Assembly: GCF_963921235.1 (NCBI RefSeq)
Contig: NC_086101.1
Coordinates: 1,302,001 to 1,366,000, forward strand
Direction: 5' to 3'
Length of the DNA: 64,000 nt
Source: Mobula hypostoma
Taxonomy: Eukaryota
Shown here: in pieces, positions 52,873-64,000 of the stretch
Layout of the letters: every line of letters starts with the position of its first letter
Position numbering within the stretch: position 1 is the stretch's first letter
The notes under the pieces: model-generated
Database searches by the model: none
Told to the model about the DNA's origin: nothing
The model's input: the letters and a program-made list of their open reading frames with translations, nothing else
Position numbers and translations under genes: made by a program

Positions 52873-54420
52873 GGATTCAAGTGCAATCGGTCCTTTTTGT
52901 ACAAGTCACACCTGCCCCAAAAGAGGTCCCAATGATCCAGAAATCTGAATCTCTGCCCCCTGCTCCAATCCCTCAGCCACACATTTATCCTCCACCTCAT
53001 TGTATTCCTATACTCACTGTCGTGTGGCACAGGCCGTAATCCCGAGATTACTACCTTTACGGTCCTGCTTCTCAACTTCCTTCCTAACTCCCTGTAGTCT
53101 GTTTTCTGGACCTCCTCCCTTTTCCTACCTATGTCATTGGTACCAATATGTACCACGACCTCTGGCTGTTCACCTTCCTACTGCAGGGTATCGTGGACGC
53201 AATCTGAAACACCCCGGACCCTGGCACCTGGGAGGCAAACTACCATCCGAGTTTCTTTCCTGTGTCCACAGAATCACCTGTCTGACCCCCTATCTATAGA
53301 GTCCTGTATCACTACTTCCTTTCTCTTCCTTTCCCTACCCTTCTGAGCCACAGGGCCAGATTCTGTGCCAGAGGCACGGCCACTGTTGCTTCCCCCAGGT
53401 AGGCTGTCCCCCCCAACAATACTCATACAGGAGTACTTATTGTTCAGGGGAACAGCCACTGGGGTACTCTCTAGTACCTCACTCTTCCCTTTCCTGCTCC
53501 TGACTGTGACCCACTTGTTGCCTCATGGAAACAGGTTGAGTGAACTCGGCCTGCTCTCCTTGGAGCGGCGGAGGATGAGAGGTGACTTGATAGAGGTGTA
53601 TAAGATGATGAGAGGCATTGATCATGTGGATAGCCAGAGGCTTTTTCCCAGGGCTGAAATGGCTGCCACAAGAGGGCACAGTTTTAAGGTGCTTGGGAGT
53701 AGGTACAGAGGAGATGTCAGGGGTAAGTTTTTTTTACACAGAGAGTGGTGAGTGTGTGGAATGGGCTGCCGGCAACAGTGGTGGAGGTGGATACGACAGG
53801 GTCTTTTTAGAGACTTTTGGATGGGTACATGGAGCTTAGTAAAATAGAGGGCTATGAGAAACCCTAGTAATTTCTAAGGTAGGGACATGTTCGGCACAAC
53901 TTTATGGGCCAAAGGGCCTGTATTGTGCTGTAGGTTTTCAATGTTTCTATATCTGTCTCCCGTGGCCCCATTGTGACTACCTGCCTATAACTCCTTTCTA
54001 TCACCTCCTTGCTCTTCCTGACCAGACAAAGGTCATCAAGCTGCAACTCTATTTCCTAACGCGGTCCCTTAGGAGCTGCAGCTTGACACACCTGGTGCAG
54101 ATATGGCCGTCCAGGAGGCTGGGAGACTCCAGGACCTCCCACATTTGACACCGAGCACAGAACACCAGCCTCATACACATACTTCCTTTCCGCAATTAAC
54201 AATTCTTTGCCTCGTCCCATTACCGCCTAAAGGCTGTTGTGCCAAAGTCCTATCACTCTGCTACCCTCTCACTCTGCTGCCCGCTCCGAATGCTGCCCAA
54301 TGGATATGGCGGTCTTCTTTTTAAATTTTTCTACTCTACTGGCTGACGTCACGTGCCTGCGCTGTCTTGCCTCTCTTTACCCCGAGCAGTAAAGTGCCTT
54401 CTCTCCGGAAATCCTTAGCC
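52873..54420 (-). mobile_element. CR1 5'UTR/ORF1 with a nested plus-strand CR1 3' end (~53519-53950)
   Basis: VHIGTNDIGRK...FLDHWDLFWGR..DRLHLN; nested NRLSELGLLSLERRRMRGDLIEVY. Confidence 0.88.
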
Positions 54421-54459
54421 CTTCCACTCGCAGCCTTCTTGCTTCGAACCAAAAATTGT

Positions 54460-55425
54460 TCTTCAATGATTTAGATAGTGGAATTAATAATTTTGTGGCA
54501 AAATCTGTGGATGATACAAAGATAGGTGGAGGGGTAGGTAGTGCTGAGGAAGCAATGCGATTGCAGCAGGACTTAGGCAAATTGGAAGACTGAGCAAAAA
54601 AGGTGACAGATGGAATATAGTGTCGGAAAATGTATGATTATGCATTTTGGTAAAAGGAACAATAGTGCGAACTATTATCTAAACGGGGAGAAATCTCAAA
54701 CATCAGAGGTGTAAGGGACTTAAGAGTCCTCGTTCAATACTCCCATAAGGTTAATTCACAGGTTGAGTCTGTGGTAAAGGCAGTAAATGCAATGTTGGCA
54801 CTTATTTTCAAGGGGAATAGAAAATAAAAGCAAGGAAATAATTCTGAGCCTCTATAAGACAGTAGTCAGGCCACATTTGTCAACAGCTTGGGCCCCTTAC
54901 GTCAGAAAGGATGTTTTGTCACTGGAGAGTGCAGAGGAAGTTCCCGAGCTGATTCCTGGAATGAAGGCCTTAACATATGAGAAGCATTTGGCAGCTTGGG
55001 TCTGTACTCACTGGAATTGAGAAGAATGCAGGGGGAATCTTATTGAAACCTACTGAATCTTGAACGGGCTAGGTAAGGTGGATGTAGAGAGGATGTTTTC
55101 TCTGGTAGGGCTATCCAGAACTAGAGGACACAGCCTCAAAATTGAGGGGTGACCTTGTAGAACAGAAGAAAGGAAGAATTTTTTTTAGCCAATGAGAGGT
55201 GAATCTGTGGAATGCTCTGCCACAGACTATGGTGGAGGCCAAGTCCATGGGTATATTTAAAGCAGAAGTCGACAGATTCCTGATTGGTCAAGGCATCAAG
55301 GGATATGCTGAGAGGGCAGGCGTATTGGGTTGAACGGGATCTGGGATCAGCCATGATGCAATGGTGAAGTAGACTTGATTGTCTGAAGGGCTTAATCCTG
55401 CCCCTACATTGTATGGCCTTATGTT
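54460..55425 (+). mobile_element. Decayed CR1 3' portion
   Basis: LYKTVVRPHL, C-terminal remnants and 3'UTR. Confidence 0.82.
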
Positions 55426-55699
55426 TTAAATTGGTCTTACATGGTACATATATCACTGTTTAATTGTACAAAAGGAAGTGGTATCTCTCCACAAGATCAA
55501 GAATGCATTGATAGTGTTCGATTTACACAAGCCCTTTGTTCTTCAGTTGTGATGTTATTGACTTATATTAAAATTATTGCAAGACATTTTATTATCTGTC
55601 AACACAATAGTGTACTGCACACCTTATAACAGACTGTAAATGCTTAACCACATCAATTAGAATATAATCACATGAATTCATCAGGCTATGAAGTCCTAC

Positions 55700-55969
55700 C
55701 GTCAACAGAGAGGAAGTGTGTGGTGCTGCTTTTGCTGATCTCGTTCATCACTGTGCAGGAATACAAGCCACAATCTGAGATGGTGACATCGTCAATAAAC
55801 AATATGCTGCCATCATATTCTAGCCTGTGATGTTTATCATTCGCTATTTCGGTGTTATCTTTATGCCAAATGGTGCCACTTTTCTTACTAGCTTTGGCAA
55901 AGCAGTTCAGTTGAACCTGATCTATGATAAATGAAGGAGTCTGAATTATCAGTGGGGTTGGCAGCTGAT
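55700..55969 (-). CDS. Host gene exon: immunoglobulin C2/I-type domain (CD2/SLAM/CEACAM/HEPACAM-like membrane-proximal domain)
   Basis: TTCCTTTTCCAACAG| ... GACG|GTAGGA; 270 bp, phase 1-1, open: QLPTPLIIQTPSFIIDQVQLNCFAKASKKSGTIWHKDNTEIANDKHHRLEYDGSILFIDDVTISDCGLYSCTVMNEISKSSTTHFLSVD. Has the B-strand Cys, WxKD, LxI and DxGxYxC..N motifs. Confidence 0.92.
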
Positions 55970-56224
55970 CTGTTGGAAAAGGAAATCATAAAGCTTTTGA
56001 CATTGAATTTGCAGTACATCTTATAAATCACTAACAAAACAGAACTCTTCAGCTTGAATACAAGCACTAAAGCATCCAGAAGTATTAAGTCAAATTTGGA
56101 TTTCAGTGCTAGCCAGATACAATGGTATGAGGCACATCCCTCCTAGTTCTATTGGCTACAAAAAGACAATAAAGAATGGAAAATAATAAAACGAATAAGG
56201 TTGATCAGAAATTACAAGATGAGG

Positions 56225-56760
56225 AGACCACACATGTGGTTAGTCCTGCTGGAACCCCCAAAGAGCTGCATTGGCCTTGACACCCAATTGCTTCCCTTGC
56301 ACTCTCTCCAAAGCCTCTATGTCCTTCCTATATCCAAAACCGTCCAGAATATTGAAGATGAGGTCTAACCAAAGTTCTGTAAGGTGTAAAATGACAACCT
56401 GTCTTTTATACTCAACATCCAACCAATGAAGTCAAGTATGCCGTATGCCTTCTTTACCACCCTACCTATTTGTGTTGTTCCTTTGAAGGAGCTTGCACCT
56501 TACAATCTCTCTGCATTTGAATGCTCCTCAGGGTCTTGCCATTTACTGTGCAATTTCCTGCTACATTTCAGCTCCTACTGCAACTTTTCCACATTATACT
56601 CTATCTGCCACTTTTTTTTGCCAACACTTAACATAGAAAACTTCCAACTGGTTTACATCCTGTTGAGTCCTTTAACAACTTTCCTCACTATACACAACTC
56701 CACAAATGTTTGACTAATTTGCATGATTATTTAATCAGCCCATTTATATTTTTATCGTTA
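56225..56760 (-). mobile_element. Very old CR1 fragment
   Basis: YRKDIEALERVQ remnant. Confidence 0.65.
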
Positions 56761-56850
56761 CTTACAGTATTGTGGCTGCCTAAATTTTTTTTTATATGGC
56801 TTCAGATGGCATGCTGTCCACAGAGACTTGGTCTAAATGTCATTAAGGCA

Positions 56851-57476
56851 TTAATAAAGCATACGGTGCATTGGCCTTCATCAATCATGGGATTGAGTTC
56901 AGGAGCCGAGAGGTAATGTTGCAGCTGGTCAGACCCCACTTGGAGTACTGTGCTCAGTTCTGGTCGCCTCACTATAGGAAGGACGTGGAAACCATAGAAA
57001 GGGTGCAAAGGAGATTTACAAGTATGTTGCCTGGATTGGGGAACATGCCTTATGAGAATAGGCTGAGTGAACTCGGCCCTTTTTCCTTGGAGAGACAGAG
57101 GGTGAGAGGTGACCTGATAGAGGTGTATAAGATGATGAGAGGCATTGATCGTGTGGATAGTCAGAGGCTTTTTTCCAGGGCTGAAATGGCTAGCATGAAA
57201 GGGCACAGTTTTAACGTGCTTGGAAGTAGGTACAGAGGAGATGTCAGGGGTAAATTTTTTATGCAGAGAGTGGTGAGTGAGTGGAATGGGCTGCCAGTGA
57301 TGGTGGTGGAGGCGGATATGATAGGGTCTTTTAAGAAACTCCTGGACTATGAAGCTCAGAAAAATAGAGGGCTATGGGTAACCCTAGGTAATTTCTCAGG
57401 TAAGGACATGTTCGGCACAGCCTTGTGGGCCGAAGGGCCTGTATTGCGCTGTAAGCGTTCTATGGTCCTATGTTTC
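56851..57476 (+). mobile_element. 5'-truncated CR1 3' end
   Basis: AFINHGIEFRS..VRPHLEYCAQFWSPHYRKD; TAAGGCA on both sides. Confidence 0.9.
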
Positions 57477-57734
57477 TAAGGCAGTCCGGAGTTACCTGGA
57501 GAGACAGAAGCAAGCAAGCCAGCCGAAGTCTGCAGGAAAACTGTAGCAAGTTCTCTAAGATGCTTGGAACAACCTACCAACAGATTTTCTTATAAAACTG
57601 CGGTAATGAGTACTTAAGAGAACTGATGCAGGTTCAAAGGGAAAAGGAGGTTTTTTTTACTATTTTCTGCTCTTTATCATACATCTTTTAATACTTGGAA
57701 ATGTTTTACTAGTATTTTTGAAGGCATCTTTGGA

Positions 57735-60400
57735 ACCAAGACCATAATATAGGAAGAGAATTAGACCATTTAGCCCAATAAATCTGCTTTGCCAGTCCAT
57801 CATGGCTGATCCCGAATCCCACCCAACCCCACACACCTGCCTTCTCACCATATCCCTTGGTGCCCTGACTGGTATAAAAATGATCAACTTTTGCCTTAAA
57901 TATATGCACGGACCTGGCCACCACCGCAGTCTGTGGCCAAGCAGTCCACAGATTTACAACTCTCTGGCTAAAAAAATTCCTCTTTCCTTCTGTTCTGAAG
58001 GGTCACCCCTCAATTTTGAGGCTGTGCCCTCTAGTTCTAGATCCCCCCCCACCAGAGGAAACATCCTCTCCATATCCATCCTATCTCGTCCTTTCAACAT
58101 TCAGTAGGTTTCAATGAGATCCCCCCGACATTCTTCTAAATTCCAGTGAGTACAGGCCCAAAGCTGCCAAACACTCCTCACATGGTAACCCCTTCATTCC
58201 TGGAATAATCCTCATGAACCTCCTCTGGACTCACACCAATGACAACACCATTCTGGGATATGGGGCCCAAAAGTGTTGACAATACTCCAAGTGTGACCTG
58301 ACAAGTGTCTTAGAAAGGCTTAGCATTATCTGCTTCCTTTTATATTCTATTCCAATTGAAATAAAAGCCAACATTGCATTTGCCTTCTTTACCACAAACC
58401 TGTAAATTAACCTTCTGGGAGTCTTGCACGAGGACTCCAAAGACCCTCTGCACCTCTGATGTTTGAAACTTCTCCCCATTTAGATAATAGTCTGCACTAT
58501 TGTTCCTTTTACCAACACTGTATTCCGTCTGCCACAAAGCCGTCAATTTCATTATCTAAATCATTCACAAACAATGTGAAAAACAGTACTGACCCTTGAG
58601 AAACACCACTAGTCACCACCAGCCAACCAGAAAAGTCCCCTTTTATTTCCACTCGCTGCCTCCTGCCTGTCAGCCACCTCGCTACCCATGCTAGTATCTT
58701 TCCTGCAACACCGTAAGATTTTATCTTCTTAAGCAGCCTCATGTGTGGCACCTTATCAAACACCTTCTGAAAATCCAAGTATATGACATCCACTGCCTCT
58801 CCTTTGTCCACCCTTTAACAGATTTGTCAGGCAAGATTTCCTTTCACAGAAACCATGCTGACTTTGACTTATTATATCATTAGTCTCCAATTACCTCGAA
58901 ACCTCTCCAACACTTTCCCAACCACTGGGGTTAGGCTAAATGGCCTATAATTTCCTTTCTTTTGCTTCCTCCCTTCATAAAGAGTGGAGTGACACCTGTA
59001 ATCTTCCAGACCTTCGGGAATGTGCCAGAACCAACTGATTTTTGAAACATCATGACCAAGGCATCCGCTATCTCTTCAGTAACCTCTCTCAGGATTCTGG
59101 CAAGTAGTCTGGCATGCTTATGTGAGAATGCTGTTACATAGAAACAGAAGACCTACAGCACAATATAGGCCCTTCAGCCCACAATGCTGTAACAGCATTG
59201 CTGAACATGTACTTACTTTAGAAATTACCGAGGGTTACCCATAGCCCTCTGTTTTTCTAAGCTCTATGTACCTATCCAGGAGTCAGGAGTCTCTACAAAG
59301 ACCCTATCATATTCAGCTTCACTGGCGGCCCATTCCATGCACTTACCACTCTCTGCGTAAAAAACTTACCCCTGGAATCTCCTCTGTACCTACTTCCTTG
59401 AACCTTAAAACTGTGCCCTCTCATGTTAGACATTTCAGCCCTGGGAACAAGCTTCTGTCTATCCAGACGATCAATGGCTCTCTTCATCTTATACACCTCT
59501 ATCTGATCACCCCTCATCTTTAGTCGCTCCAAGAAGAAAAAGCCAAGTTCACTCAATCTATTCTCATAAGGCATGCTCCCCAATCCAGGCAACATCCTTG
59601 TAGATCTCCTCTGCACCCTTTCTATAGTTTCCACATCTATCCTGTAGTGAGGTGACCAGAACTGAGCACAGTACTCCAAGTGGGGTCGGGCCAGTATCTT
59701 ATATAGCTGTAACATTATCTCTCAGCTCTTGAACTGAATCCCACAGTTGATAAAGGCCAATGCACCGTATGCCTTCTTAACCATACAATCAACCCACTCA
59801 GCAGCTTTGAGTGTCCTATGGACTCGGACCCCAATCATCCAACTTCCCACTCACTTGTTCAACCTGATTCGCCCATTCCTTGGCTTTTACCCAGTCCTTA
59901 ATTTCCTTTGCCAGCCACAGTTGCCTACTACTGCCATTTGAGAACTTCTTCCTCTGTGGGACATATCTATCCCACGTCTTGTGAACTATTCTCCAGCATC
60001 CTTCTCCAATATCCTTCTCCAATCCACCTGGGCAAGGTCCTCTCTCATGCCTCTGTAATTCCCTTTTATTCCATTGTGATACTGATACATGTGACTTACG
60101 CTTCTCCTGCTCAAACTGCAGTATGAATTCAATCAGATTATGATCACTGCATCCTAAGGGTTCCTTTACATTCAGATGACTAATAAAATCTGGGTTATTG
60201 CACAACACCCAATCCAAGATGGCCTTTCCCCAAGTAGGCTCAAGCACGAGTTGCTCTGAAAAGCCATCTCACAGGCATTCAACAAATACCCTCTCTTGCT
60301 ATCCAACACCAACCTGATTTTCCCAACCCCCTTGCATATTCAAGTCCACCATTACAATTGTGTCATTATCCTTATTACATGCCTTTTCAAGCTTCCTTTG
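57735..60400 (-). mobile_element. Stack of decayed minus-strand CR1 pieces
   Basis: YLDFQKVFDKVPH (58509-58811), a nested 3' end at ~59135-59830 and an endonuclease remnant at 59830-60400. Confidence 0.85.
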
Positions 60401-60709
60401 CTTTACAGAATTTTTTACATGTGCTTAAGATTTCTGCACAGGACTGAGCATATGTCACAAACAGCACAGGTCCAGGCACTGATTCTTCTGGAACACCACT
60501 GGTTAGATCTCTAGTTGTCATAGTCATAGTCATACTTTATTGATCCTGGGGGAAATTGGCATGTGCAGACCAGGGCCTCATGCCACAGGGTCACCTGTGC
60601 AGCCAACTAGGACTACAGAAAGAGGTAACAGTAGAGCTCAGCTCAAACAAAACAAGCAAGCAAAACAAAGAGCAGGTAAAATGTCCAGCTGCTTGAGGTG
60701 TAGCATGTC

Positions 60710-61965
60710 TTATAGAATTTTTTGAGGATGTAACTAGTAGAATGGATAGGGGAGAACTAGTGGCTGTGGTATATTTGGATTTTCAAAAGGCTTTGACAAG
60801 GTCCAACACAGAAGATTAGTGTGCAAATTTAAAGCAGACGGTATTGGGGGTATGGTATTGATGTGGATAGAGAATTGGTTGGCAGACAGGAAGCAAAGAG
60901 TGGGAATAAACGGGACCTTTTCAGAATGGCAGGCAGTGACTAGTGGGGTACCGCAAGGCTCAGTGCTGGGACCCCAGTTGTTTATAATATATATTAATGA
61001 CTTAGACGAGGGAATTAAATGCAGCATCTCCAAGCTTGCGGATGACACGAAGCTGGGCGGCAGTGTTAGCTGTGAGGAGGATGCTAAGAGGATGCAGGGT
61101 GACTTGGACAGGTTAGGTGATTGGGCAAATTCATGGCAGATGCACTTTAATGTGGATAAATGTGAGATTATCCACTTTGGTGGCAAGAACAGGAAAACAG
61201 ATTATTATCTGAATGGTGGCCGATTAGGAAAAGGGGAGGTGCAACAAGGTCTGGGTGTCATTGTACACCAGTCATTGAAAGTGGGCATGCAGGTACAGCA
61301 GGCGGTGAAAAAGGCGAATGGTATGCTGGCATTTATAGCGAGAGGATTCGAGTACAGGAGCAGGGAGGTACTACTGCAGTTGTACAAGGTCTTGATGAGA
61401 CCACACCTGGAGTATTGTGTGCAGTTCTGGTCCCCTAATCTGAGGAAAGACATCCTTGCCATAGAGGGAGTACAAAGAAGGTTCACCAGATTGATTTCTG
61501 GGATGGCAGGACTTTAATATGATGAAAGACTGGATCGACTAGGCTTATACTTGTTGGAATTTAGAAGATTGAGGGGGGATCTTATTGAAACGTATAAAAT
61601 CCTAAAGGGATTGGACAGGCTAGATGCAGGAAGATTGTTCCCGATGTTGGGGAAGTCCAGAACGAGGGGTCACAGTTTGAGGATAAAGGGGAAGCCTTTT
61701 AGGACCGAGATGAGGAAAAACTTCTTCACACAGAGAGTGGTGAATCTGTGAAACTCTCTGCCACAGGAAACAGTTGAGGCCAGTTCATTGGCTATATTTA
61801 AGAGGGAGTTAGATATGGCCCTCGTGGCTAAAGGGATCAGGGGGTATGGAGAGAAGGCAGGTACAGGGTTCTGAGTTGGATGATCAGCCATGATCATACT
61901 GAATGGCGGTGCAGGCTCGAAGGGCCGAATAGCCTACTCCTGCACTTATTTTCTATGTTTCTATG
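60710..61965 (+). mobile_element. 5'-truncated CR1 (RT C-half and tail)
   Basis: [32 protein letters not shown] tail. Confidence 0.93.
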
Positions 61966-62029
61966 AATGTTTACAACTTCCATCCATAAAAATAAGAATT
62001 AGTTAGGAATAGTTAAATAGTTGCTCAGA

Positions 62030-62477
62030 AACCCTTTTCTCCACTAATGGGACGACATGTCATCAAGAAACTGAACCTCACTGGAAGGTTTGATTCACTA
62101 AACAATATTCAGTGGCAGGAGAAGTACTTGGAGTCATTCACAGACTTGGGGGTACTGAAAGAAGAGTACCTTATCCAACTGAGGCCAGAAGTGACACCAT
62201 ACTCTCTGCCCACAGCGAGGCATATCCCAGCCATATTGATAAACAAAGACAAAGCTGAACTTGAGAGAATTCTAGACATTTTAACTAGAATGGACCTACT
62301 GATTGGTGTGTGGGCATTGTTCCTGTTCCCAAACCAGATGGCACAGTGAGGATCTGTGTTGATCCAACAAAATTGAATAATGCAGTGAGGCGAGAGAAGT
62401 TTATTCTGCCCTCTGCTGAGAACATATTGGGTACGCTGGGTGGAACAAAGATCTTCACCAAACGAGATGCAAACTCT
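62030..62477 (+). mobile_element. Ty3/Gypsy LTR retrotransposon pol fragment (protease-RT linker and RT N-terminus)
   Basis: YLIQLRPEVTP....ARHIP....KAELER, then W..GIVPVPKPDGTVRICVD.TKLNNAVRRE...LP..ENIL..LGG.KIFTK.DANS. Confidence 0.88.
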
Positions 62478-64000
62478 GAAGCATGTAAGAATGGAACAGT
62501 AGTTATCATGGAGAACTTTAATTTGAACATAGATTGGGTGAATCAAGTTTGAGGCAGTCTTGAGGAGGACTTCATAGAATGCATTTGTGATGGCTTTCTT
62601 GAACAGCATGTTACTGAACCTACAAGGGAACGTGCTATCTTAGATCTGGTCCTGTGCAATGAGACAGGTAAAATTAGTGATCTTGCAGTTAGGAATCCTC
62701 TTGGAAAGAGTGATCACAGTACAACTGAGTTTCTCATACAAATGGAGAGTGAAATAGTTCAATCTAAAATCAGTGTATTATGCCCAAACAATGGAAACTA
62801 TAATGTAATGAGGGAGGATTTGGCTAGTGTAGACTGGGAACACAGGCTATATGGTGGGACAGTTGAGGAACAGTGGAAGACTTTCAAAGATTTTCCATGG
62901 TGGTCAAAAAAAGTATATTCCAGTAAAAAGCAAGAACAGTAAGGGAGGGGAGAGCTAGCCTTGGATAACTAAACAGGGGACCAATATCCTGGCAGGGACA
63001 TGAGCTAAGGCTGTTAGGGAGAGTTTCAACTAGAATTGCTGGAGGGGTGAGAACAGAACTGAAGAGATGGAGAAAGGGGCGATTGGCTCACAAATAGAGA
63101 AATCTTGTAGACAGTGAGAGAGGGAGTATAGGCAGGTGATAGAGATGGGATACGCTCAGACTGATGGTTTGAGATATGTCTATTTTAATGCAAGGAGTAT
63201 CATGAACAAAGCAGATGAGCTTGGAGCATGGGTCAACACTTGGAGCTATGATGTTGTGGCCATTAAGGAGACTTAGATGGCTCAGGGGCAGGAATGGTTA
63301 CTTAGAGTGAGGGAGGGAGGGAGGCAAAAGAGTTTGGGGCGTGGCACTGCTGTCAGATATAGTATCACAGCTGCAGAAAGGGAGGAAGTCATGGAGGGAT
63401 TGTCTACTGAGTCTTTGTGGGTGGAAGTTAGCAACAGGAAGGGGTCAATAACTCTACTGGGTGCTTTTCATAGACCACTCAACAATAACAGGGATATTGA
63501 GGAGCAGATAGGGAGACAGATTCTGGAAAGGTGTAATAATAACAGGGTTGTCATGGTGGGAGATTTTAATTTCCCAAATATTGATTGGCATCTCCCTCGA
63601 GCAAGGGGTTTAGATGGGGTGGAGTTTGTCAGGTGTGTTCAGGAAGGTTTCCTGACACCTGATCTGGATGAGGAAGTGGGGTGATGGGTGAGTAAATTTG
63701 CTAATGACACAAAGGTTAGGGGTGTTCTGGATAGTGTGGGGGGCTGTCAGAGGTTACAGTGGGACATTGATAGGATGCAAAACTGGGCTGAGAAGTGGCA
63801 GATGGTGCTCAACCCAGATAAGTGTGAGGTGGTTCATGTTGGTAGGTCAAATCAAATTTGGTAGGGGAAGTCTGGGACAGCACAACTGTCCCTGAGACTA
63901 CACCTGTAAAAAGTGCATCTAGCTGCAGCTCCTGACAAACCGAGTCAGGGAACTGGAGCTAGGGCTGGATGAACTTTGGATCATTCCTGAGGCAGAGGCA
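62478..64000 (+). mobile_element. Mosaic of decayed CR1 fragments
   Basis: Endonuclease remnants (VMVGDFNFPNIDW), an RT piece, and an ORF1 zinc-finger piece at the window end. Confidence 0.85.

Noticed and set aside
15611..63895. Many short ORFs antisense to LINE ORFs
   Set aside because: They are shadow frames of CR1, Rex1, RTE and Penelope sequences, not host genes.

Overview
Vertebrate genomic DNA, most likely a cartilaginous fish such as a ray or shark (inferred only from the repeat landscape). Positions 1-15.2 kb are a purine-rich, CpG-rich 19-20 bp minisatellite with a ~5.6 kb higher-order period and a 200-N assembly gap. The array runs into a (GA)n tract that forms the tail of a tRNA-derived SINE. 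The long Arg/Gly/Glu and Ser/Pro ORFs there are repeat artefacts. Positions 15.4-64 kb are mostly nested, decayed retroelements: many CR1-type LINEs, Rex1/Babar, an RTE with a 5' inversion, Penelope-like elements carrying minimal hammerhead-ribozyme motifs, a probable solo LTR and a Gypsy RT fragment. Hidden in the few unique islands, and missed by the ORF track, are three clean phase-1 exons on the minus strand: 55700-55969, 32481-32594 and 32263-32364. They splice in frame into an Ig C2/I-type domain followed by two separate transmembrane-helix exons. This suggests an Ig-superfamily multi-pass membrane protein with CD47-like exon organisation but a CD2/CEACAM/HEPACAM-like Ig domain. Repeat boundaries were read by eye and are approximate.
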